A DNA stretch of 64,000 bases from Candidatus Latescibacterota bacterium (GTDB lineage: Bacteria; Latescibacterota; UBA2968; UBA8231), in the NCBI GenBank assembly GCA_965243025.1, contig CBDETY010000003.1:2176001-2240000 (forward strand), given 5' to 3'. The position numbers and the translations under genes were made by a program. The notes under the pieces were generated by a model that had not been told where the DNA came from, ran no database searches, and was given only the letters and a program-made list of their open reading frames with translations. Positions 54,526-64,000 of the stretch are shown in pieces; within the stretch, counting starts at the first letter, position 1; each line of letters begins with the position of its first letter.

Positions 54526-55800
54526 ATGGAAGAGTCGAGACGGCAGCAGTTCTTCGAGGAGGGGTACCTCGTCATCCGCGAGGCCGTGCCCCCGGAGCGG
54601 CTGGCCGGGCTGCGCCTGTCCGCCGAGCTGATGGTCGACCGCAGCAAGGCGCTTTCGGCGGCGGCGCGCGACGGCGGCCCGCCGGGCGGCGACTGGTACG
54701 AGAAGGTGCAGCCGCGCGTCGAGATCGACGACGCTGTCGAGCCCGAGACCGCCGGTCTGGTCGATTTCCTGCTCGGGCCGACGGTCCGGGGCGTGAGCCA
54801 GGAGCTGATGGGGGCCCCGGAAACCGCCATCACCGGCATGCAGATCACCTGCAGCGGCCTGATCGACTACGGGTACACCGACTGGCACCGCGACTCGAGC
54901 GCCCGCGAGCAGGCGCCGCTGTGCGGCCTGCAGGACGACCTGATGGCGAACGGGCCCGGGTACGTGCAGTGGAACATCCCCCTCTACGACGACGACGTCT
55001 TCTGGCTGGTGCCGGGCAGCCACCGGCAGCCGACCGACGAGGAGCAGCGGCGGCAGCTGCTGACCGACCCCACCTCGCGGCTCAGGGACGGCATCCCGAT
55101 GGACCTGAAGGCCGGCGACGGCGTCGTCTACCCCAACGTCGTCATGCACTGGGGCAGCTTCTACTCCAGCCGGCTGCGGCGCACCCTGCACCTCGGGTTC
55201 CGCTCCTTCGGCAGCGGCATCTTTCCCTACGCCCACTTCACCCACTGGGACATGGGCCTGGGGTTCACCAGGCACCTGTCGCCGCAGGCGCGCGCCTACT
55301 TCGAGCGCACCGTCGAGCTGTTCGACCGCGAGGGGGACGAGATCGAGCGCACCTTGCGGGCGGTGATCGACGGCGACGGCGGCCGCTTTCGCGAACAGGT
55401 CGCCATCCTGCACCCGGGGTCCGAGGGGCGCATGACCACGGTGGTCCTGCTCTGCCGCATCGCCGAGAAGATCGCCCTTGCGCACAGCCCGGAGGTCGCC
55501 GCGCTGCCGGAGGAGGAGCGCAACCGCGCCCTCTCCGGCCCCTCGGATGGGCATTACTACGGCGGTCTGGCACGGCGCTTCACCGACCCCGAGGCCGCCG
55601 CGCTCGAGAAGCGGTTCGCCGTGCTGACGGGGCGGCTCGAACAGGACGCGGCAGCCGTGCACAAACGCTACCTCGCCGTGCACGAGGAGCTGAAACCAGG
55701 GGCGGAAAGCCCCCCGGACTTCGAATCGCGGCCGCTGCGGCAGTTCCACTGCGACATGCCGGAGGGGTTCGGCATCGACGAGTTCGTCGAAAGCTGGTAG
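54526..55800 (+). CDS. Phytanoyl-CoA dioxygenase (PhyH) family protein with C-terminal extension
   Basis: FFEEGYLVIR, WHRD, VPGSH, H(WG) and RRTLH. Confidence 0.82.
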   Translation: MEESRRQQFFEEGYLVIREAVPPERLAGLRLSAELMVDRSKALSAAARDGGPPGGDWYEKVQPRVEIDDAVEPETAGLVDFLLGPTVRGVSQELMGAPETAITGMQITCSGLIDYGYTDWHRDSSAREQAPLCGLQDDLMANGPGYVQWNIPLYDDDVFWLVPGSHRQPTDEEQRRQLLTDPTSRLRDGIPMDLKAGDGVVYPNVVMHWGSFYSSRLRRTLHLGFRSFGSGIFPYAHFTHWDMGLGFTRHLSPQARAYFERTVELFDREGDEIERTLRAVIDGDGGRFREQVAILHPGSEGRMTTVVLLCRIAEKIALAHSPEVAALPEEERNRALSGPSDGHYYGGLARRFTDPEAAALEKRFAVLTGRLEQDAAAVHKRYLAVHEELKPGAESPPDFESRPLRQFHCDMPEGFGIDEFVESW

Positions 55801-55902
55801 GAAACGGAGGCGGATCCCCGGGTTGCGTGAACTGCCCGTGCCGCCGGCGGGGGCCACCCCCCGCTGCAGAACCGGCCCCGGTTGCCGGGGCGGAGGTGAG
55901 GA

Positions 55903-56697
55903 ATGGATGAAATGCAGAAATACCTGTTCGACCTGAACGGGTACCTCGTCATCGAGGACGTGCTCGACCCAGCCGGGCTCGCCGTCCTCAACCGCATCAT
56001 CGACGGCCTGGAGATCCCTCCCGATTCCCTCCGCGTCTCCTATGCGGGGGGCCGGCACACCCGCCCCGGGTTCCTCGACTGGGGACAGCCGTTCGTCGAC
56101 CTCCTCGACCACCCCGACGTCATGCCGGTCCTGCGCTTCCGGCTCGGGGACTGCTTCCGGCTCGACAGGCTCTACAGCATCGTCATGAGCCCCGGGCAGC
56201 CGATGGGAAAGCTGCATTCCGACTACGGCGCCTCGTCGCCGCTGGCCGCTTCGGTTCCGGGCGAGTACTACTCCTTCCCCCTCAACGAGGTCCACAGCGG
56301 CTTCGTAGTCGTCTCCTGGAACCTCACCGACTCGGGGCCGGAACACGGCGGTTTCTGCTGCCTTCCCGGCAGCCACAAGAGCAACTACAGGCTGCCGGGG
56401 CAGATCGCCGAGGAGGGGGAGGACTCCCCCCACGTCCTCATCCCCGAAGCGCCTGCCGGATCGGTCACCCTGTTCACCGAGGCCCTCACCCACGGCACCT
56501 CGGCCTGGCGCGGCCCCCACCAGCGCCGCACCCTGCTGTTCAAGTACTGCGTGTCGCAGATGGCATGGGGGAGCGGCCGCGTCCGGGCCCCCGAGGGCTG
56601 CGAGCTGACACCGCGCCAGCGGCAGCTGCTCGCCGAACCGGCCGACCCGCACAGGTTCTTCCCCTCCCTGTTCGCAGAGGAGGAAACAACCGCATGA
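55903..56697 (+). CDS. Phytanoyl-CoA dioxygenase (PhyH) family protein
   Basis: FDLNGYLVIE, LHSD, GGFCCLPGSHK, EALTHGT and RRTL. Confidence 0.88.
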   Translation: MDEMQKYLFDLNGYLVIEDVLDPAGLAVLNRIIDGLEIPPDSLRVSYAGGRHTRPGFLDWGQPFVDLLDHPDVMPVLRFRLGDCFRLDRLYSIVMSPGQPMGKLHSDYGASSPLAASVPGEYYSFPLNEVHSGFVVVSWNLTDSGPEHGGFCCLPGSHKSNYRLPGQIAEEGEDSPHVLIPEAPAGSVTLFTEALTHGTSAWRGPHQRRTLLFKYCVSQMAWGSGRVRAPEGCELTPRQRQLLAEPADPHRFFPSLFAEEETTA

Positions 56698-57176
56698 ACC
56701 TCGCCGATCTCGGGGCCGCCGCGGGAGCCCTGCTCAAAGAGCGCGGCCGAACCGTCGCCGTGGCCGAGTCCTCCGCCGGAGGGGTGATATCCGCGGCCCT
56801 GCTGGCCGTGCCGGGGGCCTCGGCCTATTTCAAGGGAGGAGGCGTCGTCTACACCGGCGCTTCCAAGCAGACCCTGACGGCGGTCCCGGACGAGGCCATG
56901 GCGGAGGCGCGGGCAGCCACCGAAACGCACGCCCTCCACCTCGCCCGCGCCGCCAGGCGGCGGCTCGGAACCGACTGGGGCATCGGGGAGACCGGGGCGG
57001 CCGGGCCTTCCGGCAACCGCTACGGCGACCCTCCGGGGCATACCTGCATCGCCGTCTCCGGGCCGCTGGAGAAGGCCGTCACCCTGGCGACCGGCAGCGA
57101 CCGCCGCGAGGAGAACATGTGGGCGTTCGCCAAAGCCGCTCTCGACCTGCTCGCCGAGTGTCTAGGCCAGGAGTGA
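56694..57176 (+). CDS. CinA C-terminal domain / NMN deamidase PncC-like
   Basis: VAVAESSAGG, PGASAYFKGG.VVY...K and ETGAAGP; ATGA overlap. Confidence 0.88.
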   Translation: MNLADLGAAAGALLKERGRTVAVAESSAGGVISAALLAVPGASAYFKGGGVVYTGASKQTLTAVPDEAMAEARAATETHALHLARAARRRLGTDWGIGETGAAGPSGNRYGDPPGHTCIAVSGPLEKAVTLATGSDRREENMWAFAKAALDLLAECLGQE

Positions 57177-57476
57177 GAAACGGCGGCCGCCGAGGCTATT
57201 CCCTCACCCGCCGTTCACCCTCGGCATACCCGCATCGACATTCCGCAGGGGGTCCCGGCTTCCGCGCATGAATCCCGCCCGGAAGGGGAAGATCCGGCGT
57301 CCCATCCCGGTACCGGCCCCGGGCAGGACCCTGGAATCCGATGGTTTCCTCTGCAGCGATGCAGTCCGCATCTCTGCATTCCTTTCGCTTGACCCCGCGT
57401 CAGGGCGGTCTTCGTATTTTAATGTCGACACACGATTCCGGCGCCTTTCCGCCCGCACCTTCCACAAGGACCGTCG

Positions 57477-59402
57477 ATGCCCTCCCGCCTCCTCGACCGG
57501 ATCGATGCCCCGAGCGATCTCAGGACGCTTACGTACGAGGAGCTCGCCCAGGTGGCGCAGGAGGCGCGGGACACCATCATCTCCGTCATAAGCGAGCGCG
57601 GCGGCCATCTCGCTTCCAACCTCGGGGTCGTCGAGCTCACCCTGGCCCTGCACCGCGTTTTCGACAGTCCCGCGGACGCCATTGTCTGGGACACAACCAA
57701 CCAGTGCTACACCCACAAGCTGGTGACGGGACGGCGCGACGAGTTCAAGGACATCCGCCTCGAAGGAGGCCTTTCCGGGTTCGGGGAACCGGGCGAAAGC
57801 CCCCACGACACGCTCGCCGCCGGGCACGCCGGAACCGGCCTTTCCATCGCCCTCGGGATCGCGGAAGCCGCGGCGAACCGCAACCTCGACTCCTGGACCA
57901 TCGCCGTGGTCGGAGACGGGGCCATGACCTCCGGCTCGAGCTTCGAGGCGCTCAACAACATCGTTCATCTCAACCCCGGCAGGTTGATCATCGTCCTCAA
58001 CGACAACGGGATGTCGATCTCGGAAAACATCGGCTTCCTCACCAACTGGCGGAAACGCCTGATCACCCATCCCGAATACCACGCCATCACGGGCCGCATC
58101 AGGGAGCTTTCGAAGAAGGTGCCCTCCGGCGAGGGGATCTACCACCTGGTCAAGCGGTTCGGGGACGGCCTCGCCGGCATGATCGTGCCGACGATGTTCT
58201 GGAACGAGATGGGGTTCCAGTACCTCGGCCCGGTGGACGGCCACGACTTCGAGCAGCTCGAGGAGACCTTCCGGCAGGCGATGACGCCCGGGGACTCGGT
58301 GCCCCTGGTCCACGTGGTGACGCACAAGGGACGGGGGTACGAGCCGGCCGAGGACGACCCGGTGAAGTTCCACCAGCCCGGCTCGCCGCTGGCGGACACC
58401 CCGGGTGCGCCCACCTACTCGCAGGTGTTCGCGCGCACCCTCACCCGCCTCATGCGGGAGGACGAGACCGTGGTCGGCATCAGCGCGGCGATGCTGGAGG
58501 GCACGGGCCTCGCCGAGGTCCGGCAGGAGTTTCCCGGCCGCGTCTTCGACGTCGGCATCGCCGAGCAGCACGCCGTCAGCATGGCCGCGGGAATGGCCTC
58601 GAGGGGCCTCAATCCCTTCGTTTCGATCTACTCGACCTTTCTGCAGCGGGCCTTCGACCAGGTAATCCACGACGTCTGCCTGCAGAATCTTCCGGTGACG
58701 CTGATCGCCGACCGCGCCGGCATCGTCGGGGAGGACGGCAAGACCCACCACGGCGCTTTCGACATCTCCTACCTCAGGTGCCTGCCCAACGCCGTGGTCG
58801 CCGCCCCGATGGACGAGAACGACCTGCAGCATCTCCTCTACACCGGCTACCGGCACCGGGGGCCGTTCGCCATCCGCATAGCGAGGGGAGCGGCCGCCGG
58901 GGTTGCTCTCGACGGCGAGCTCGTCGAGCTGCCCCTCGGCAAGGGCCGCGTCGTCATGGAGGGGAGCGACGCCGTGATCTTCGGCCTGGGCAAGGCCGCC
59001 CGCGCCGCGGTGGAAGCCGCAAAGCTGCTGGGCGGGCACGGTGTCTCCTGCGGCGTCGTCAACCCGCTGTTCATCAAGCCGCTCGACGTCGATCTGCTTG
59101 CGGAGGCCGCCCGCGGAACGGGCCGTATCGTCACCGTGGAAGAGAACGTGCTCGCCGGAGGATTCGGCTCGGCGGTGCTCGAGGCGCTTGCCGGGGCGGG
59201 GCTCGACGAGGTGGCCGTGCACCGCATCGGCATGCCGGACTCATTCATCGAGCACGGCAGCGCAGCCGATCAACGGCGCCGGCTGCAGCTCGACGCCGAG
59301 GGCATCGCCCGGCAGGTTCTCGATGCCTTCTTCCCCGAGGCGGAGAAACCGGGACGGCTGAAACTTCTGTTTAAAAGAAAAGCGGGACGCGGAAGGGGTT
59401 GA
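57477..59402 (+). CDS. dxs: 1-deoxy-D-xylulose-5-phosphate synthase
   Basis: GGHLASNLG, GDGAMT...NDN, GPVDGHD, GIAEQHA, YSTFLQRAFDQ and DRAG...DGKTHHG. Confidence 0.96.
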   Translation: MPSRLLDRIDAPSDLRTLTYEELAQVAQEARDTIISVISERGGHLASNLGVVELTLALHRVFDSPADAIVWDTTNQCYTHKLVTGRRDEFKDIRLEGGLSGFGEPGESPHDTLAAGHAGTGLSIALGIAEAAANRNLDSWTIAVVGDGAMTSGSSFEALNNIVHLNPGRLIIVLNDNGMSISENIGFLTNWRKRLITHPEYHAITGRIRELSKKVPSGEGIYHLVKRFGDGLAGMIVPTMFWNEMGFQYLGPVDGHDFEQLEETFRQAMTPGDSVPLVHVVTHKGRGYEPAEDDPVKFHQPGSPLADTPGAPTYSQVFARTLTRLMREDETVVGISAAMLEGTGLAEVRQEFPGRVFDVGIAEQHAVSMAAGMASRGLNPFVSIYSTFLQRAFDQVIHDVCLQNLPVTLIADRAGIVGEDGKTHHGAFDISYLRCLPNAVVAAPMDENDLQHLLYTGYRHRGPFAIRIARGAAAGVALDGELVELPLGKGRVVMEGSDAVIFGLGKAARAAVEAAKLLGGHGVSCGVVNPLFIKPLDVDLLAEAARGTGRIVTVEENVLAGGFGSAVLEALAGAGLDEVAVHRIGMPDSFIEHGSAADQRRRLQLDAEGIARQVLDAFFPEAEKPGRLKLLFKRKAGRGRG

Positions 59403-59417
59403 GGAGGAAAGTGGGCG

Positions 59418-59446
59418 GGGCGCGGCGGAATCGCACCGCCGCGCCC
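59418..59446. terminator. GC-rich hairpin between convergent dxs and ytxH-like genes
   Basis: Perfect 11-bp stem gggcgcggcgg-aatcgca-ccgccgcgccc; no U-tract. Confidence 0.45.
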
Positions 59447-59487
59447 GCATTCGGGACCGCGCCCCCGATGGGGAGGGCGCGGGCAGC

Positions 59488-59721
59488 CTAATGTTCGATG
59501 ACTTCTTCCACCGCGTCGTTGCCGCGGTGGCGGATGCGGTCGACGTACGACTGTCCCTTGTCCCAGGCCTCACCGACTCCGCGGCGCACCGATTCGCGCG
59601 ATTCCCGGCCGGATTTGGGAGCCAGCAACACGCCGGCGGCGAGCCCCACGACCAGTCCCCCGATCGCGCCGGCACCCAGAAGTCCCAGGGAAATCCCCAG
59701 GGTTTTCATGTGGCTGTTCAT
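59488..59721 (-). CDS. YtxH-domain protein
   Basis: Gly-rich hydrophobic segment followed by GVLLAPKSGRESRE; AGGAGG RBS. Confidence 0.85.
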   Translation of the reverse strand: MNSHMKTLGISLGLLGAGAIGGLVVGLAAGVLLAPKSGRESRESVRRGVGEAWDKGQSYVDRIRHRGNDAVEEVIEH

Positions 59722-60021
59722 CTCGATCCTCCTTTGCGAAAGTAAAGGATCCGTTTTAATGGAAACTATAGCGCCCGGAATACATTGCCCAAAGCATCCA
59801 TATCCCGTGACGCGGTTCGAAGGTCTTCAATGATATAGGGACCCGCGTCGATCCGTCAATCGATTTATCTCTCGAAAAACCTGCCCTTTCATCAAGGAAT
59901 CATTTTGATGCACCATATGTGCATGTATGAAGAACTGTTGACCCCAACCAATAGTAGCACACCGCACCGTGTGGAGCGGCTGAAGATTTCCTGAAACAGG
60001 TTCCTGCCAGGGAGAAGGAAA

Positions 60022-61128
60022 TTGAAAATCACCGGCATCGATACCGTCGTGATCGATTCCCCGGGACGCAAGTGGACCATCGTGCGGGTTTTCACCGACG
60101 AGGGGATCACCGGCCTCGGGGAGGCCACCTACTCCAACAAGGAGCCGGTGGTCTGCGCCGCGGTCGAGCACATGAAGCAGGAGCTGATCGGCTGCGATCC
60201 GGCGCGCATCGAATACCTGTGGCACCACATCTTCCGCCAGTCCTCGCTGTCCGGCATCTGGCGCATGAGCGGCCCGGTCTGGATGAGCGCCCTGTCGGGG
60301 ATCGACCAGGCGTTGTGGGACATCAAGGGCAAGGTCGCAGGGCTGCCGTTGGCGGAGCTGCTCGGCGGCCTGTTCCGCGACCGGATCGAGGTCTACACCC
60401 ACTTCGGCGGCGGCACCCCGGAGGAGTCCGCCGCCCAGGCCCGCGGCCTGGTGGAGCAGGGTTTCTCCGCCCTCAAGGGAGGGATCTTCGGCAGCGGCAC
60501 CGACCGCTTCGACCCGTACCTCGATATCGATCCGCTGCCGACAGCGGCCCATTTCGAGGCGGTGCGCGAGGCTGCGGGACCGGCGGTGAAACTGCTGGTC
60601 GACTGCCACGGGCGCCTGACCGTGGCCGGATGCATTCGCCTGGCGCGCGCCCTGGAGCGGTTCGACCTGTACGCCCTCGAGGACCCGGTGCCGCCCGACG
60701 ACCTGGGCGCCTACCCCAGGGTGCGGCACGCCATCGGCATCCCGGTGATGGGCTCGGAGCGGCTCAACACCAAGAGCCAGTTCCGGCAGCTGCTGGAGCT
60801 CGACGGCATCGACATCGCCCAGCCGGATCTCATGTACGCAGGCGGCATTACCGAAGTGCGCAAGATCGCCGCCATCGCCGATACCTGGCACGTCCCGGTA
60901 TCCCCGCACAACACCAAGGGGCCGGTCGGCATTGCGGCCGCGGCGCACCTGATGGCGTCCATACCCAACACCGCCCCGATGGAGCTGGTGACCGGCATCG
61001 ACTGGCGCGACGAAATCATCGTCGAGCCGCTGGTCGTCGAAAACGGCTGCCTGCTCCTTCCGCGGGGTCCCGGCCTCGGGGTGGAGCTCGACATGGACGG
61101 TGTCGAGAGGCACCGCTGGCGGCCGTGA
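60022..61128 (+). CDS. Mandelate racemase family enzyme, galactonate dehydratase (DgoD)-like
   Basis: TDEGITGLGE, ALSGIDQALWDIKGK, VDCHGR, EDP, SER, QPD and PHN. Confidence 0.88.
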   Translation: MKITGIDTVVIDSPGRKWTIVRVFTDEGITGLGEATYSNKEPVVCAAVEHMKQELIGCDPARIEYLWHHIFRQSSLSGIWRMSGPVWMSALSGIDQALWDIKGKVAGLPLAELLGGLFRDRIEVYTHFGGGTPEESAAQARGLVEQGFSALKGGIFGSGTDRFDPYLDIDPLPTAAHFEAVREAAGPAVKLLVDCHGRLTVAGCIRLARALERFDLYALEDPVPPDDLGAYPRVRHAIGIPVMGSERLNTKSQFRQLLELDGIDIAQPDLMYAGGITEVRKIAAIADTWHVPVSPHNTKGPVGIAAAAHLMASIPNTAPMELVTGIDWRDEIIVEPLVVENGCLLLPRGPGLGVELDMDGVERHRWRP

Positions 61129-61189
61129 CATCCCCGCGGGAATCAGGCCGCGGGAAGGCGCGGATGAATTGCAGCAGGGAGCGGCATGG

Positions 61190-61738
61190 ATGGTCAGAGT
61201 CGAAATAAACGCGGCATCCCTCGCGCTGGTGCGAGGTGACATCACCAGGGAACGGGTCGACGCCATCGTCAACGCCGCCAACGAACGGCTGATGGGAGGG
61301 GGCGGAGTCGACGGCGCCATTCACCGCGCCGGGGGGCCGGCGATCGCCGCCGAGTGCAGCGGGATCCGCGCCCGGCAGGGAGGGTGTCCGACCGGAAAGG
61401 CGGTGATTACCAGCGGGGGCAACCTTCAGGCAAGGCACGTCATCCACACGGTCGGGCCGGTGTGGCGGGGAGGGAGCGCCGGCGAGGCGGAGCTGCTCGC
61501 CGGCTGCTACAGGGAGAGCCTCGGGCTCGCGGTCGGCCACGGCCTCAGGACGATCGCCTTCCCCTCGATCAGCACGGGGGTGTACGGATACCCGCTGGCC
61601 GCGGCCGCGACCGTCGCTCTCGACACGGTGAAGCAATTCCTCCAAACCAGCGGCGGCATCGACGAGGTCCGTTTCGTCCTCTTCAACGACGACGCTTTCC
61701 GTTGTTTTTCGGAAGCCCTCGCGAGGATGGATTTGTAA
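61190..61738 (+). CDS. Macrodomain O-acetyl-ADP-ribose deacetylase (YmdB-like)
   Basis: GDIT, AIVNAAN, GGGGVDGAIHRAGG, VIHTVGP and FPSISTGVYGYP. Confidence 0.93.
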   Translation: MVRVEINAASLALVRGDITRERVDAIVNAANERLMGGGGVDGAIHRAGGPAIAAECSGIRARQGGCPTGKAVITSGGNLQARHVIHTVGPVWRGGSAGEAELLAGCYRESLGLAVGHGLRTIAFPSISTGVYGYPLAAAATVALDTVKQFLQTSGGIDEVRFVLFNDDAFRCFSEALARMDL

Positions 61739-61940
61739 GGCGCCACCAGCGGAGCCAGGGCAATATCATCTGGGGGGAGCGCGGGGAATCCCGCCTGAAC
61801 CGGACCGCCTCTGCATCCCGGGGACCCGGGACAGGTCATTCGGCGGCAGCACGGGAACTTTCCCCCTTGACCGGGCGGCCTTTCGTACCGGGGGCAACCT
61901 CGGTTCGATCCAAACCGGATCGTCAACCCGGTTTCTCCCC

Positions 61941-63641
61941 TCAATCCGTCCCCGCCCTGTCGGTCGGCCTGTCTGCCCCCGGTGCCCTGGCAGGGCGCAC
62001 CCGGGGACCGTTGAGAAACCTTCCCAGCCAGGTATAGCGGACCAGGAACCGGTAGGCCAGCAACAGAAGGCCGGTGACGGCCGCAATCACCAGGACGAAC
62101 TTCAGCGCCGAGGGAAGCGGCCAGTCCCGCACCGCCAGTTGCGCGCCGATGACCAGCGGCAGGTGCGCCAGGTACAGCCAGTACGACGAATCCGACAGAT
62201 AGCGAATGGTCCTGTTTTCGCGGGCGCAGAGCTTGCGGAACAGGCCGATGCAGGCGAACGCCATCGTCCAGGGGTAGACGGCCTGCAACACCACCGCCGC
62301 GGCCCGGGCCGCGGCCGGGTCGAACAGCTCCCGGCCGAGTCCGAACGAGCCCGTCGAGAACTCGAGGCCGAGCGGAAAGAGGATGAACAGCCCCGAGGGC
62401 AGCGCCAGCCACCACCATTTCCCCACCCTGCCGTCCGGGTCGCCGCAGTCGAAATACAGGGCGCCGAAAACGAAGAAGAGGGCGTAGTAGAGCAGCACGT
62501 GCGGCATGGGCAGGAGCCCCGGGGAGGTATCCGGTCCGAAGCCGGGAACCACCAGTCCCATGAGCGACTGCGGGATCAGGGTCAGGGGGATCAGCCAGAG
62601 AAACCGAGCCGGAGACAGGACCAGCCACTGACGGGGACCGGGCCACTTCATCCAGCCGGCGAGGCGGGCCCCCAGCGCATGGAGGAGGACCAGCCACCAG
62701 AGGAACCAGAGGAACCACAGGTGGTGGAACGCCGGGGCGGAAAAGAGCGGCGACGCCATCGCTTCGATGTACCCGGCCCCGGCCGTCTCCTCCCTTTCCC
62801 TGCCGGTTTCCTCCGGGCCTGCGACAGCGGAGGACGGGACCATGAGCGCGGCGATCTCAACGCGGCCGGCCTCGACCTCCCCCTGGTCGATCTCGATCCG
62901 CAACAGGCCGGCCAGGTACCGGGTCAGTTCCCAGTCCGCCTTCAGGACCCCTCGAGGCGTGTCGCCGTTGTGGTTCCGCGCCCCGGGATCCGCCCCGTGC
63001 CGGAGCAGCAGCCTGCCGATCTCCGCACGTCCCAGGAACGCCGCCGCGTGCAGGGGCGTCCCGCCATCCTTTGTGCGGCCGTTGACCGCGGCCCCGTTCT
63101 GCAGCAGCCATTCGGCGGCTTCCACCCGGCCGGCCAGGGCCGCCCATACCAGGGGAGTCACCCCGGTTCCCGGATCCATCCCCTCGACATCCGCCCCGTC
63201 CCGCAGGTGCCGTTCCATGGCGGCGAGGTCCCCGTTCCGGGCGGCGCTCCAGATGCTGTCTTTGCCGGGCGTGGCCGCCTCCGCTTCGAAGGCGGACGCA
63301 ATCGCCCGGCCGCTGATCCAGTCGACCGCGGGAACGATGGTCACCAGCCCGAGCAGGAAGGGCAGCAACACGCGGCGGAAACGGTGTGCGAGCATCGATT
63401 TCATGCCGCCCCGGCGCCAGAGCATGGCGGTGAAGAAGCCGCTCAGCAGGAAGAACACCGGCATGCGGAAGCCGTGGATCGCCGCGAACAGCAGCCAGTA
63501 GAACCCGCTCTGCCGCTCGTCCTGCACCGGCCACGGAAACGGCACGAAGGACAACCCCGCGTGCAGGACGATGCCCAGCAGCATGGCCGCGGCGCGCAGG
63601 GCGTCGAGGTCGTTGCGGCGGGGGGCGGGGGCGCTGGTCAT
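61941..63641 (-). CDS. Acyltransferase-3 (OpgC/MdoC-like) with internal ankyrin-repeat domain
   Basis: DALRAAAMLLGIVLH, FRMPVFFLLSGFF, HLWFL and SYWLYLAH; inserted ankyrins SIWSAARNGD, TPLVWAA, TPLHAAA and GDTP. Start at 63641 is inferred. Confidence 0.87.
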   Translation of the reverse strand: MTSAPAPRRNDLDALRAAAMLLGIVLHAGLSFVPFPWPVQDERQSGFYWLLFAAIHGFRMPVFFLLSGFFTAMLWRRGGMKSMLAHRFRRVLLPFLLGLVTIVPAVDWISGRAIASAFEAEAATPGKDSIWSAARNGDLAAMERHLRDGADVEGMDPGTGVTPLVWAALAGRVEAAEWLLQNGAAVNGRTKDGGTPLHAAAFLGRAEIGRLLLRHGADPGARNHNGDTPRGVLKADWELTRYLAGLLRIEIDQGEVEAGRVEIAALMVPSSAVAGPEETGREREETAGAGYIEAMASPLFSAPAFHHLWFLWFLWWLVLLHALGARLAGWMKWPGPRQWLVLSPARFLWLIPLTLIPQSLMGLVVPGFGPDTSPGLLPMPHVLLYYALFFVFGALYFDCGDPDGRVGKWWWLALPSGLFILFPLGLEFSTGSFGLGRELFDPAAARAAAVVLQAVYPWTMAFACIGLFRKLCARENRTIRYLSDSSYWLYLAHLPLVIGAQLAVRDWPLPSALKFVLVIAAVTGLLLLAYRFLVRYTWLGRFLNGPRVRPARAPGADRPTDRAGTD

Positions 63642-63851
63642 GAATCCAGGTCCGGGTCCGGGGACGGTCCGGATCGATGGGAGGTCCGTTTCAACCCTGC
63701 GGCCTTCGGGGCAGGCAGGGCTTTCGGAATCCCGGACGGTGACGATCGCGTCGGCGTGATGACCGGGACCGCGCCGCCGGCCCCTGGCCAGGGGGCAACG
63801 CATCCTCCGGTCCGGCGCACTTCACCTGAGGCAAGGCGCACCCCCCCGCCA

Positions 63852-64000
63852 TCAACCGGAGGGATAGGCCTCGCGGTACCGCTCGAAAGCGGCCGCGGTG
63901 CCGCAGACGTAGACCGCGTCCCCTTCGGCGAGCCTGAACGAGGGGGGGAACTCCATGATCACCTCGCCGCCGCGCTCGACGGCGACGACGGAGCAGCCGG
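63852..64000 (-). CDS. C-terminal end of a TrkA-C (RCK-C) domain protein; partial
   Basis: Manual translation GCSVVAVERGGEVIMEFPPSFRLAEGDAVYVCG...PSG* fits TrkA-C; runs off the window edge. Confidence 0.7.
   Translation of the reverse strand, partial: GCSVVAVERGGEVIMEFPPSFRLAEGDAVYVCGTAAAFERYREAYPSG

Noticed and set aside
57177-57476. TPP riboswitch or sigma70 promoter upstream of dxs
   Set aside because: No TPP aptamer core (CUGAGA/ACCUG) seen, and the TTGACC-to-TATTTT spacing of 20 bp is too long.

Overview
High-GC bacterial window, most likely from a marine-sponge symbiont. This is inferred from the sup-type PKS operon, a secreted WD40/EF-hand/FlgD-tail protein, an ankyrin-containing enzyme and PhyH and enolase-superfamily paralogues; a Latescibacterota/Gemmatimonadota-like host is a guess only. 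From left to right: (1) supA-supB-supC-hydrolase PKS operon on the minus strand (1-11802). (2) Co-oriented signalling/transport block: REC-PP2C phosphatase, periplasmic binding protein, TorS-like histidine kinase, Tsx-like channel and an NCS2 permease fused to a degenerate anti-sigma-kinase-like domain (12279-19869). (3) C45 peptidase, cupin, heparinase II/III-like lyase, GT4 and SelA/DgaE-like PLP enzyme. (4) A beta-propeller/Y_Y_Y/sigma54-AAA regulator with degenerate catalytic motifs, divergent from a 1639-aa metalloprotease-WD40 protein, with three CACG-N6-CGTG-type palindromes between them. (5) A six-gene operon for an unknown lipid-like product: UbiA, PEP-utiliser/RPH-like phosphotransferase, BtaA-like DUF3419, CTP-transferase/polyprenol kinase-like, GNAT and acyl-AMP ligase (35005-43919). 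(6) Decayed genes, including a deletion-disarmed MNT-HEPN pair. (7) A self-contained type II FAS-like cluster with its own ACP, PPTase and acyltransferase (46997-53296). (8) Enolase-superfamily, PhyH, CinA/PncC, dxs, YtxH and macrodomain genes, an OpgC-like acyltransferase with inserted ankyrin repeats, and a partial TrkA-C protein. No rRNA, tRNA, CRISPR array or transposase was recognised. The best candidates for an undescribed system are blocks 5, 2 and 4. All family calls come from motifs recognised by eye; no database searches were run.
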